From Planctomycetota bacterium (lineage in GTDB: Bacteria; Planctomycetota; GCA-002687715; CAIWVZ01): a DNA stretch of 64,000 nucleotides. This document shows, in pieces, positions 1 to 9,286 of this stretch. How positions within the stretch are numbered: the first letter of the stretch is position 1; every line of letters begins with the position of its first letter. A model generated the notes under the pieces. The model made no database searches. It saw only the letters and a list, made by a program, of their open reading frames with translations, and was not told where the DNA came from. The stretch is taken from positions 384,001-448,000 of the forward strand of contig JBGANV010000005.1 of assembly GCA_044222185.1 (NCBI GenBank), given 5' to 3'. The position numbers and the translations under genes are program-made.

Positions 1-14
1 CAAATACGAGTCGC

Positions 15-3000
15 ATGTGCATCACGGTGACCGACGGCGGTCGGCGGATGTTCTTCTACGACTTCGACTCCACGGCCGGAGCGGAACATTGGTACGTCAT
101 GGAGACCACGCGCTCGTCCCAGGCAGCACAGTGGGGGCCGGCCCAGCAGGTCTGGGTCTTTCCAGCGCCGAGCGCGCGCTTCGCATCATTCGTGACGTAC
201 TTCTCCAACCACGTCGGCACCGCACCCGACGATGGACTGGAGCTCTTCATCACCCTCGATCCGACCTGCTGCACTTGTCAGACGGCGCCGTACGTCCTGC
301 GGCGGAGTTCGCCTGGATCTCCCTTCACGTCGTTTGGCCAGGTGACCGAGTTCCCATCCTGCGGCGGATACCTGGATCATGTGCAGGCACTGCTTTGCAG
401 TCCCGACGGGCTGACCATGCTCTACAGCACCGGGACCTCCGCGACCATGTTGTTCCTGCGGGCGTCGCGCGCGAGCGCATTCGTGAGCACGTCGTCGCAG
501 ATCGTCACGCCGGGCCTAAACTGCATGACCGTGATGTCGGGGACGTCGGATTGGCGCGAGCTTCTCGTGTGGAGCCAGTTCTCCTGTCTCACGCCGGGGT
601 ACAAGCTCGGCCGGACCACGGTGAACGGACTGGTGAACACGGGACACCTGTCGTCGACATCCAGCGCGGATCTCGTCTATCGCGACCTGAGCGCTGCACC
701 CGGAACGGCCGCCGGCGGAGCGATCGCGTGGGGCTTCACCCCTGGGACCACCAGCGGTGGTTCAACATGGCCGCTGACGAACGACGCGCTCTTCCAGCAG
801 ACGTACCTCACGAATCTGCCTGGCTTGACGGCGGGATTCCTCACGGCGCTCGACTCGCTGGGCGAAGCTCACGCGGCCGTCGGCCCGCTCCCACCGCAAA
901 CCGAGGGAGACACGTTCTACTGCGCGTTCGCCACGCTGAACGCGTCGAGCCCGTCCGCGAGCGTCGTCCGGATGTCCAATGCCATTGCCATCCGCATGCA
1001 GCCCGCGTCGGCGGCCGCCCAGGTGCAGCACCCATGCGCGACGGGCACAGGGTGCACCGCGCCGCCCGTCGGCCCGGGGCCCTACGGCGTCCAGTACGGA
1101 CCGCCCGTCGTGCTCCCGCAAGGCCCCCTGAGCTTCGCCGACGCCGTCCATGCGCCCGTGCAGGAGGGCACCTACTACAGCGCCGCATCGACGTTCTGCA
1201 ATCCCTGTGACGCCCTGGGTGCTCCCGACTACGACTCGGGCGACCCTCTGCAGCCTGGTCCCGGGACCGGACACGTGGCGACGCAGCAGCACGGCGCGTA
1301 TTCGCTCGGACATCGCGGTTCGATCGAGCTCGCGTTCACGGACAATGCGCTGACGAACTCCGGATCCAGTCAGCCCGACCTCTACGTCTGGGAAGCCGGC
1401 AACCACGCCGAGGACTTCTTCGTCGCGTTGCACCCGGCTGACGCCTATACGACGACTGTCATGGCCGGGACACCGCCAGGTCTGGACACCGACGGCAACT
1501 TCCCGCTGCCACTCGTGACGGGTCCGTCGTTCGTCCACGGGATCGACATCGACCAGAGCCTTCCCGGGTTCAGCGCTGGATCTCTGCGCTTCGATCGCGT
1601 CAAGCTGAAAGACTCGCCGGGATGCCCGCTCCCGCCGTGTGAGCCACCGACGACATCGGAGACTCAAGCCGGTGCCGACATCGATGCCGTGGCGGCCGTC
1701 GGATTCCCACCGGTCTCGGGGCCACCCCCATTCGTCAGCCTCGTGACGCCGTCCTGCGGCAGCACCGTGGGCGGAACGACGATCACGATCAACGGAGCGT
1801 CGTTCACCGTTCCTGGAGCCGTCGCCGCACCCACCGTGGCGATCGGAGGTTTCCCAGCTCAGGTCGTCTCGTTCACGTCGACTCAGATCGTCGCCGTCAC
1901 GCCGCCATCTCTTCAAATCGGCAACGCCGTCGTCACGGTCACGGCTCCGACTGGCATCGCGACGGCGTCCGCACCGTTCGTGTACACCGCTCAACCGGCC
2001 ATCTCATCGGTCACGCTCGGACAGTCGTGCCCGGTCGTCGGGCAGCCAACGGCCATCACGATCACGGGCACGGGATTCCTTCCGACGTGCACGACGGCAT
2101 TCGTGAACGGCTCCCCCATCGTCGGCACGTCCTCCGGCGGGCCGAACATCACGTCCACCACGTTGACCGGTCAATTCACGGCCGCGACGGCCGGTCCGAT
2201 CACGATCTCGCTCCTGAATCCCGGCTGGCCTGTCGCGCAGTTTGGCGTGCCTGGTTTCGCGGCGAACGCATCGGACGTCGTCCTGACGCAGCCGGTCACC
2301 ATCGACGCGAGCAATCTCGGGGTCTTCACCAATGCGTCGGTCATCGTCTGCAACACCACGCTGACCATCGCGACGCCGACCACCCTGCAGTCGATCGCGC
2401 TCGTAGCCGGTTCGACGCTGACCCACCCTGCCGGGATCACGGGTGGCGCAACGGTCACGGTGTCGGGCAACGCGTACATCGATGCCGGAAGCGCGGTCGA
2501 CGTCAGCGGCCGTGGCGCACTCAGCGCAGCCAGTGGCAGCACCGGTGGAAGTCACGGTGGGCTCGGTGGGCTCGCGGCGACGAACGCCGCTCACGGGAGC
2601 ATCGTCGCTCCCATGGACTGCAGCGCCGGCGGACGCGGTGGTGGCGCGCTGCAACTGATCGTCACGGGAACGCTCACCCACAACGAGGTCATCCGCTCGA
2701 ACGGAGCGAACGGAACGGCGTGCAACGCCGGCGGCGGATCGGGCGGGAGCCTTTGGATCCAGGCCGCCTCCCTCACCGGCCTGGGCACCATCACCGCCAA
2801 CGGAGGTTCTGGCAGCGGCGGCGTTGGTGGCGGCGGATCGGGCGGGCGCATCGCCGTGATCTCGCCCGCCAACACGTCCGCATTCACCTACGCCGTCTCC
2901 GGTGGCGCTGGATTAGGCGGACGCGGCGGAGCCGGCACCATCTACACACAGTTCAACGGGGCGACTCTCGGCGACCTCGTCGTCGACAACGGCGGCAACG

Positions 3001-6000
3001 CCGGCAACCGCACGATCCTCAACGGCACCGTCACCCAGTTCGCCAACGTCCTCGTGAAGGGAGCGGCCACGCTCTCTCATGAGTTCGCCGTCTCAGGACT
3101 GTTCCTCGATGTCCCCGGCACCATCATCGTCGAGGCCGGTGCCGCCATCGACGCGAGTGGGTACGGCAACACGGGCGGCGGCATCACGGCCGGCGGAAGC
3201 CATGGCGGCCAGGGCGGCGGAGCCAGTGGCGCGGTCCACGGCTCCATCGCCAACCCCACGGACTTCGGGACCGGGCGGCATGGACTGCAACGCAGGCGGC
3301 CGCGGCGGTGGAGCCCTCCACCTGCGTTCAGCCTCGGGCCTCATCACCATCAGCGGCGCCGTCCGCGCCAACGGGTTCAACGCGACGGGATGCAACGCCG
3401 GTGGTGGATCCGGCGGCATCTGGATCGAAACGCCTCTCCTCACGGGTGCCGGTGCCATCATCCAACGGCGGAAACGGTAACGGCGGTGGCGGCTGCGGCG
3501 GTGGCGGCGGCCGCATCGCGGTGTTCTCGCCGGTCCCGATCTCGGCGTCGCGTTGACTGCGTTCGGTGGAACGGAGTGCAGAAGGGTGGCGCGGGCACGA
3601 TCTACACCTTGATCGGAGCGGCCACGATCGGAGATCTCGTCGTCGACAACGGCGGCACGACCGTCGGCAACATGACGGACGTCAACGTCGATGGCGTGAT
3701 CAACGTGTTCCAGAACGTAGCCGTTCACGGGGGCGGCGTGTTGATGCTCAGCGGCACGCCGGTGTTCGCGAGCCTCGTCGTCGACACGTCCGGCATCGTC
3801 ACGCACCTCGTCGGGCCCGCGAGCGGACTGACACTCCAGGTTCTCGGCCCCGCGACGATCGCATCCAGTGGATCCGTCGACGTCAGCGGCCGTGGCGCAC
3901 TCAGCGCAGCCAGTGGCAGCACCGGTGGAAGTCACGGTGGGCTCGGTGGGCTCGCGGCGACGAACGCCGCTCACGGGAGCATCGTCGCTCCCGTGGATCT
4001 GGGCAGCGGCGGCGGCATGGACTGCAGCGCCGGCGGACGCGGTGGTGGCGCGCTGCAACTGATCGTCACGGGAACGCTCACCCACAACGGAGTCATCCGC
4101 TCGAACGGAGCGAACGGAACGGCGTGCAACGCCGGCGGCGGATCGGGCGGGAGCCTTTGGATCCAGGCCGCCTCCCTCACCGGCCTGGGCACGATCACGG
4201 CCAACGGCGGTAGTGGGTCTGGCGGCGGCGGTGGCGGAGGATCGGGCGGGCGCATCGCGGTGATCTCGCCCGCCAACACCTCCGCGTTCACCTACGTCGT
4301 CTCCGGTGGAGCTGGTGTGGCAGGTCGCGGCGGAGCCGGCACCATCTACACGCAGTTCAACGGGGCGACTCTCGGCGACCTCGTCGTCGACAACGGCGGC
4401 AACGCCGGCAACCGCACGATCCTCAGCGGCACCGTCACCCAGTTCGCCAACGTCCTCGTGAAGGGAGCGGCCACACTCTCCCATGAGTTCGCCGTCTCAG
4501 GACTGTTCCTCGACGTGCCTGGCACCATCATCGTCGAAGCGGGCGCCGCCATCGACGCGAGTGGGTACGGGAACACGGGTGGCGGCAACATCACGGCCGG
4601 CGGAAGCCACGGCGGCCAGGGCGGCGGAGCCAGTGGCGCGGTCCACGGCTCCATCGCCAACCCCACGGACTTCGGGACCGGAGGCGGCATGGACTGCAAC
4701 GCAGGCGGCCGCGGCGGTGGGGCCATCCACCTGCGTTCAGCCTTGGGCTCCATCACCATCAACGGCGCCGTCCGCGCCAACGGGTTCAACGCGACGGGAT
4801 GCAACGCCGGTGGTGGATCGGGCGGCAGCATCTGGATCGAGACACCGCTGCTTGCCGGCACGGGTGCGATTACGTGCAACGGCGGAAATGGGTCGGGAGG
4901 GAATGGCAATGGCGGTGGCGGCGGCCGCATCGCGGTGTTCTCGCCGATCCCGATCTCGGGCGTCGCGTTGACTGCGTTCGGTGGGAACGGAGTGCAGAAG
5001 GGTGGCGCGGGCACGATCTACACCTTGATCGGAGCGGCCACGATCGGAGATCTCGTCGTCGACAACGGCGGCACGACCGTCGGCAACATGACGGACGTCA
5101 ACGTCGATGGCGTCATCAACGTGTTCCAGAACGTAGCCGTTCACGGGGGCGGAGTGTTGATGCTCAGCGGCACGCCGGTGTTCGCGAGCCTCGTCGTCGA
5201 CACGTCCGGCATCGTCACGCACCTCGTCGGGCCCGCGAGCGGACTGACACTCCAGGTTCTCGGCCCCATGACGATCGCATCCAGTGGATCCGTCGACGTC
5301 AGCGGCCGTGGCGCACTCAGCGCAGCCAGTGGCAGCACCGGTGGAAGTCACGGTGGGCTCGGTGGGCTCGCGGCGACGAACGCCGCTCACGGGAGCATCG
5401 TCGCTCCCGTGGATCTGGGCAGCGGCGGCGGATCGGGCGGGAGCCTTTGGATCCAGGCCGCCTCCCTCACCGGCCTGGGCACCATCACCGCCAACGGAGG
5501 TTCTGGCAGCGGCGGCGTTGGTGGCGGCGGATCGGGCGGGCGCATCGCCGTGATCTCGCCCGCCAACACGTCCGCATTCACCTACGCCGTCTCCGGTGGC
5601 GCTGGATTAGGCGGACGCGGCGGAGCCGGCACCATCTACACACAGTTCAACGGGGCGACTCTCGGCGACCTCGTCGTCGACAACGGCGGCAACGCCGGCA
5701 ACCGCACGATCCTCAGCGGCACCGTCACCCAGTTCGCCAACGTCCTCGTGAAGGGAGCGGCCACGCTCTCTCATGAGTTCGCCGTCTCAGGACTGTTCCT
5801 CGATGTCCCCGGCACCATCATCGTCGAGGCCGGTGCCGCCATCGACGCGAGTGGGTACGGCAACACGGGCGGCGGCAACATCACGGCCGGCGGAAGCCAT
5901 GGCGGCCAGGGCGGCGGAGCCAGTGGCGCGGTCCACGGCTCCATCGCCAACCCCACGGACTTCGGGACCGGAGGCGGCATGGACTGCAACGCAGGCGGCC

Positions 6001-8564
6001 GCGGCGGTGGAGCCCTCCACCTGCGTTCAGCCTCGGGCCTCATCACCATCAACGGCGCCGTCCGCGCCAACGGGTTCAACGCGACGGGATGCAACGCCGG
6101 TGGTGGATCCGGCGGCAGCATCTGGATCGAAACGCCTCTCCTCACGGGTGCCGGTGCCATCACATCCAACGGCGGAAACGGTAACGGCGGTGGCGGCTGC
6201 GGCGGTGGCGGCGGCCGCATCGCGGTGTTCTCGCCGGTCCCGATCTCGGGCGTCGCGCTGACGGCGTTCGGTGGGAACGGAGTGCAGCGCGGCGGCGCCG
6301 GGACGATCGACGTCGTGTTGGCCGGCCAGCATGGAACGTTCGTCGTCGACAATGGTGGTTCGAGCGGGAACGTCACTCCGATCACCGGACCCGTAACCTT
6401 CGACGCCGATCTGATCGTCACGGGCGGCGCGACTCTCCAGATTCCCTCGGGAACGCTGACCTACCTCGGCAACGCCGTCCTCGGCACTGGCCAACTCTCG
6501 GGGTCGGGGACACTGGACGTCGATGGAAGCGTCACCTGCAACGGAATGGCTCTGGCGTCGACGCCGCCTTCCATCCGCTGCGGCGGCAACTGGACTGCGG
6601 ACGCCTCGTTCGCTCCGACCGGTGGCACCATCGAACTGGACGGTGCGGCGCCGAGCACCATCGGCGCGTCGACCTCGGGCGGCGTCGTCAAGTTCTTCAA
6701 CCTCGTCATCCGCAATGGCGTGCGTGGTGCGATGAACTCTCCCGTGGTGAGCGCATCGAGCATCCTGGTCGATGCCAGCGGAACGATCGACGTCGGCACC
6801 GGCCAGGCCCTGACGATCAATCGCGCGCCGGCCCCCACGACCGTCACGATCGACGGAGTCCTATCCGTCGGGACCGCGCAGCTGCTACTTGGCCCAACGA
6901 CGGCACTGAGCGTGACGGCCGCGGGAACCTTGCGGCTCCTGGGCTCGCCCTCGACACGTGCCACGGTGGCGGGCACCGCAGGCGGCGGCTTCGGGTTGAC
7001 GGTGAACGGAACCATCGCAGCCCGCAACTTCGCCGTGCGTGACGTGAACTCGAGCGGCGTCGTCATACCGGCGACCGCGACGATTGCCCCCTTCCCCAAC
7101 GACTTCCGTGGTGGAACGTTCGACCTGCGTGCGGGTGCGACGGCGGGTTCGACGCTCCTCGACATCCAGAGACCGGCGCCGACCACTCTCGCGTACCTGG
7201 ATTTCCGGAACACGCCGGGCGCCGCGGGCGTGACGAACGTCCGCTGCACGAGCGGTGCCCCGATCACGCTGAACAACTGGACGGGGCCATTCGGCGGTTC
7301 CGCGTTCGAGTCCGATCCGGGGAATCGAGTCACCTGGAACGCAGAACAGCACACGACGCTCGCATCGTTTCGAGCGCGTGGACTCGCCGAGAAGGCCGAC
7401 ATCGTCTGGACGACGTCGGTCGAGGTCGACGTCGCCGCGTTCATCGTCGAGCGCGCAAGCACGTCGCTTGGCCCATGGATGACGATCGCGAGTTTCTCTC
7501 CGGCGGGTCCATCGTTCTATGGGATGACCGACGCGGGCCTCACGGCAGGACAGACGTACTACTACCGCCTGTCCGAGCGGCTCACGCATGACCCGGTGAA
7601 CGAGCTCGCCACCGGCCAGGCGACGCCATACAGCTCCGCGCCACCCGCCAACGTCTTCAAGGTCGGCGCGGGCGGGCCCTACGCGACGATCCAATCGGCG
7701 ATCAGCGCCGCGACGGCCCCGACGTCGATCGTCTGGGTGACACCGGGTACGTACCCCGCGTTCATCGTCGACGGCAGTGCTCCGCCCAACCTGAAGGTGA
7801 TCGGCGGCGGATCGGGTCCCGTCATCATCGATACGACGGCTGCAGCGGTGCTGATCTCGGGCGTGCCGGCGGGTCGAACGGTCGAGATCGCGGCGCTCTC
7901 CATCGGTTCCACCACGTCAGGCCACGACGCCGTCGACATCGTCGGCTGCGGGGGCGCCATCGTCCTCGACGCCCTCACGGTGATCGGAGGCTCGGGAATG
8001 CGCGGAATCGACGTCGCCGCGTCGACCGGTGTGGCCATCCAGAGATCTCAGATGTCGGGGACTCCAGGCCTTCGGCTCGCGGGAGGGTCCAACGTCGCGG
8101 CAAGCCGTGGGTCGTTGGATGCTCTCGCAGTCATCACGGGATCGAGCCTCCAGGTCACCGATCTGGTGCCGGGTGCCGTCACGGTCGACGGGACTCAGAC
8201 CCTCGTCGCCAACGCGGGACTCATGCCCGACCTGAACCTCCCACGGTTCCCCTCGCTCGGCGCCTACGAATCGTTCGACCTGACGACGTTCCCGAACAGT
8301 GTCGTCCTGATCGGGATCTCGACGGGTGCGGGATTCATCGGAGGTCTTGCCCCGATCCAGATGCCGTTCCTTCTCGACCCGGCAAGTCTGGCGATCCTGC
8401 CGATCCTTGCGGCTGACGCCACCGGCCACCTCGGATTCGGGTTCGAGTTGGAACCGAACGTCGCACTCCTCGGATTGACGTTCGAAGTGCAGGTGACTTC
8501 ACAGGACCCGTCCACGGGCGTGATCCGATTCTCGAACCTCGCGACGATGGTGGGACTGCCGTGA
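15..8564 (+). CDS. Giant modular surface/secreted protein: N-terminal propeller-like region, internal CTD-like domain, IPT/TIG domains, Gly-rich repeat array, FN3-like domain, beta-helix-like region and a C-terminal conserved domain; probably 5'-truncated
   Basis: 2849-aa ORF. IPT/TIG motif (VTPSCGSTVGGTTITINGASF), repeated GGSHGG/GGGSGGSLWI/GGGGRIAV units, FN3-like DAGLTAGQTYYYRL, and YATIQSAI beta-helix start. There is no signal peptide or RBS at 15, so the true start is probably upstream of the window. The stretch ~3272-3570 is out of frame because of compensating deletions. Confidence 0.8.
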   Translation: MCITVTDGGRRMFFYDFDSTAGAEHWYVMETTRSSQAAQWGPAQQVWVFPAPSARFASFVTYFSNHVGTAPDDGLELFITLDPTCCTCQTAPYVLRRSSPGSPFTSFGQVTEFPSCGGYLDHVQALLCSPDGLTMLYSTGTSATMLFLRASRASAFVSTSSQIVTPGLNCMTVMSGTSDWRELLVWSQFSCLTPGYKLGRTTVNGLVNTGHLSSTSSADLVYRDLSAAPGTAAGGAIAWGFTPGTTSGGSTWPLTNDALFQQTYLTNLPGLTAGFLTALDSLGEAHAAVGPLPPQTEGDTFYCAFATLNASSPSASVVRMSNAIAIRMQPASAAAQVQHPCATGTGCTAPPVGPGPYGVQYGPPVVLPQGPLSFADAVHAPVQEGTYYSAASTFCNPCDALGAPDYDSGDPLQPGPGTGHVATQQHGAYSLGHRGSIELAFTDNALTNSGSSQPDLYVWEAGNHAEDFFVALHPADAYTTTVMAGTPPGLDTDGNFPLPLVTGPSFVHGIDIDQSLPGFSAGSLRFDRVKLKDSPGCPLPPCEPPTTSETQAGADIDAVAAVGFPPVSGPPPFVSLVTPSCGSTVGGTTITINGASFTVPGAVAAPTVAIGGFPAQVVSFTSTQIVAVTPPSLQIGNAVVTVTAPTGIATASAPFVYTAQPAISSVTLGQSCPVVGQPTAITITGTGFLPTCTTAFVNGSPIVGTSSGGPNITSTTLTGQFTAATAGPITISLLNPGWPVAQFGVPGFAANASDVVLTQPVTIDASNLGVFTNASVIVCNTTLTIATPTTLQSIALVAGSTLTHPAGITGGATVTVSGNAYIDAGSAVDVSGRGALSAASGSTGGSHGGLGGLAATNAAHGSIVAPMDCSAGGRGGGALQLIVTGTLTHNEVIRSNGANGTACNAGGGSGGSLWIQAASLTGLGTITANGGSGSGGVGGGGSGGRIAVISPANTSAFTYAVSGGAGLGGRGGAGTIYTQFNGATLGDLVVDNGGNAGNRTILNGTVTQFANVLVKGAATLSHEFAVSGLFLDVPGTIIVEAGAAIDASGYGNTGGGITAGGSHGGQGGGASGAVHGSIANPTDFGTGRHGLQRRRPRRWSPPPAFSLGPHHHQRRRPRQRVQRDGMQRRWWIRRHLDRNASPHGCRCHHPTAETVTAVAAAAVAAAASRCSRRSRSRRRVDCVRWNGVQKGGAGTIYTLIGAATIGDLVVDNGGTTVGNMTDVNVDGVINVFQNVAVHGGGVLMLSGTPVFASLVVDTSGIVTHLVGPASGLTLQVLGPATIASSGSVDVSGRGALSAASGSTGGSHGGLGGLAATNAAHGSIVAPVDLGSGGGMDCSAGGRGGGALQLIVTGTLTHNGVIRSNGANGTACNAGGGSGGSLWIQAASLTGLGTITANGGSGSGGGGGGGSGGRIAVISPANTSAFTYVVSGGAGVAGRGGAGTIYTQFNGATLGDLVVDNGGNAGNRTILSGTVTQFANVLVKGAATLSHEFAVSGLFLDVPGTIIVEAGAAIDASGYGNTGGGNITAGGSHGGQGGGASGAVHGSIANPTDFGTGGGMDCNAGGRGGGAIHLRSALGSITINGAVRANGFNATGCNAGGGSGGSIWIETPLLAGTGAITCNGGNGSGGNGNGGGGGRIAVFSPIPISGVALTAFGGNGVQKGGAGTIYTLIGAATIGDLVVDNGGTTVGNMTDVNVDGVINVFQNVAVHGGGVLMLSGTPVFASLVVDTSGIVTHLVGPASGLTLQVLGPMTIASSGSVDVSGRGALSAASGSTGGSHGGLGGLAATNAAHGSIVAPVDLGSGGGSGGSLWIQAASLTGLGTITANGGSGSGGVGGGGSGGRIAVISPANTSAFTYAVSGGAGLGGRGGAGTIYTQFNGATLGDLVVDNGGNAGNRTILSGTVTQFANVLVKGAATLSHEFAVSGLFLDVPGTIIVEAGAAIDASGYGNTGGGNITAGGSHGGQGGGASGAVHGSIANPTDFGTGGGMDCNAGGRGGGALHLRSASGLITINGAVRANGFNATGCNAGGGSGGSIWIETPLLTGAGAITSNGGNGNGGGGCGGGGGRIAVFSPVPISGVALTAFGGNGVQRGGAGTIDVVLAGQHGTFVVDNGGSSGNVTPITGPVTFDADLIVTGGATLQIPSGTLTYLGNAVLGTGQLSGSGTLDVDGSVTCNGMALASTPPSIRCGGNWTADASFAPTGGTIELDGAAPSTIGASTSGGVVKFFNLVIRNGVRGAMNSPVVSASSILVDASGTIDVGTGQALTINRAPAPTTVTIDGVLSVGTAQLLLGPTTALSVTAAGTLRLLGSPSTRATVAGTAGGGFGLTVNGTIAARNFAVRDVNSSGVVIPATATIAPFPNDFRGGTFDLRAGATAGSTLLDIQRPAPTTLAYLDFRNTPGAAGVTNVRCTSGAPITLNNWTGPFGGSAFESDPGNRVTWNAEQHTTLASFRARGLAEKADIVWTTSVEVDVAAFIVERASTSLGPWMTIASFSPAGPSFYGMTDAGLTAGQTYYYRLSERLTHDPVNELATGQATPYSSAPPANVFKVGAGGPYATIQSAISAATAPTSIVWVTPGTYPAFIVDGSAPPNLKVIGGGSGPVIIDTTAAAVLISGVPAGRTVEIAALSIGSTTSGHDAVDIVGCGGAIVLDALTVIGGSGMRGIDVAASTGVAIQRSQMSGTPGLRLAGGSNVAASRGSLDALAVITGSSLQVTDLVPGAVTVDGTQTLVANAGLMPDLNLPRFPSLGAYESFDLTTFPNSVVLIGISTGAGFIGGLAPIQMPFLLDPASLAILPILAADATGHLGFGFELEPNVALLGLTFEVQVTSQDPSTGVIRFSNLATMVGLP
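2496..6287 (+). repeat. Intragenic tandem direct repeat, ~2.7 copies of a 1416-bp unit
   Basis: GTCGACGTCAGCGGCCGTGGCGCACTC starts at 2496, 3876 and 5292, and the DNA is near-identical after each start. The third copy diverges after ~6287. Confidence 0.95.
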
Positions 8565-8695
8565 TGCTGGTGCGAGGTGAATCCGGCCGGCGTCGACGGC
8601 CGCCCACGCCTCGCCGATGCCGTGGCATAATCCCGCCCGCGCGTCGTGGGTCGCCAGGGGTCGTTGGCCCCTGGGGTCCCGCTCGCGCGGGCCGA

Positions 8696-9265
8696 ATGTC
8701 TGATGCGCTGATCCCGAGCCCTGAAGATGTCGTCCGCACGTTGAGCGACGGCCTGCCGCTCGACTCGGCCCAGCTTCTGCCGCTCGTCTATGGCCGCCTC
8801 CGACGATTCGCCGAGGCGTTGTTGGGCCGAAGCGCCGCCGGCTTCACGCTGAGCCCGACAGACCTGGTCCACTCCGCATACCTGAAGATTTGCGGATCGG
8901 GCGTCGTGACCTTTGAAAGCCGCTCCCACTTCTTCCGCGTCGCCGCCCGCGCCGTCCGCCAAGTGCTGAGTGACCATGCGCGACGCCGCAGCTCGCAAAA
9001 GCGGGGCGGCGGGAAGGCGGCACTCCCGGTGGAGGACACGATCCTCGGCGATGCGGTCCGCGACGAGACGCTCGTCCAGCTGGACGACCTCTTGAGTGAG
9101 CTCGCGGCGGCCGACGACGTGGCCGTGCGGATTCTCGAGCTCCGCTTCTTCGGCGGACTCTCCGTGGAGGAGATCGCGACGGTCCTCGGGGCGTCGAAGG
9201 CGACGGTCGAGCGGCGATACCGAGCGGCGAAGGCCTGGCTCGCCGCGGAAATGCACGCGACGTGA
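8696..9265 (+). CDS. ECF RNA polymerase sigma factor, planctomycete kinase-associated type (TIGR02999-like)
   Basis: LLPLVYGRLRRFA, TLSPTDLVHSAYLKI, HFFRVAARAVRQVL.DHAR, KRGGG, ELRFFGGLSVEEIA. The ATG at 8696 is in frame with ORF 8561..9265, and a TGGCATAAT extended -10-like motif lies upstream (~8623-8631). Confidence 0.92.
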   Translation: MSDALIPSPEDVVRTLSDGLPLDSAQLLPLVYGRLRRFAEALLGRSAAGFTLSPTDLVHSAYLKICGSGVVTFESRSHFFRVAARAVRQVLSDHARRRSSQKRGGGKAALPVEDTILGDAVRDETLVQLDDLLSELAAADDVAVRILELRFFGGLSVEEIATVLGASKATVERRYRAAKAWLAAEMHAT

Positions 9266-9286
9266 CGTCCGGGAGCACGAGCACAG

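Noticed and set aside
3272-3570. Arg-rich insertion in the giant protein
   Set aside because: It is an out-of-frame reading of the Gly-rich repeat, not a real domain.
2496-6287. Diversity-generating retroelement template/variable repeats
   Set aside because: There is no reverse transcriptase, the repeats are long and tandem, and the differences are not adenine-specific.
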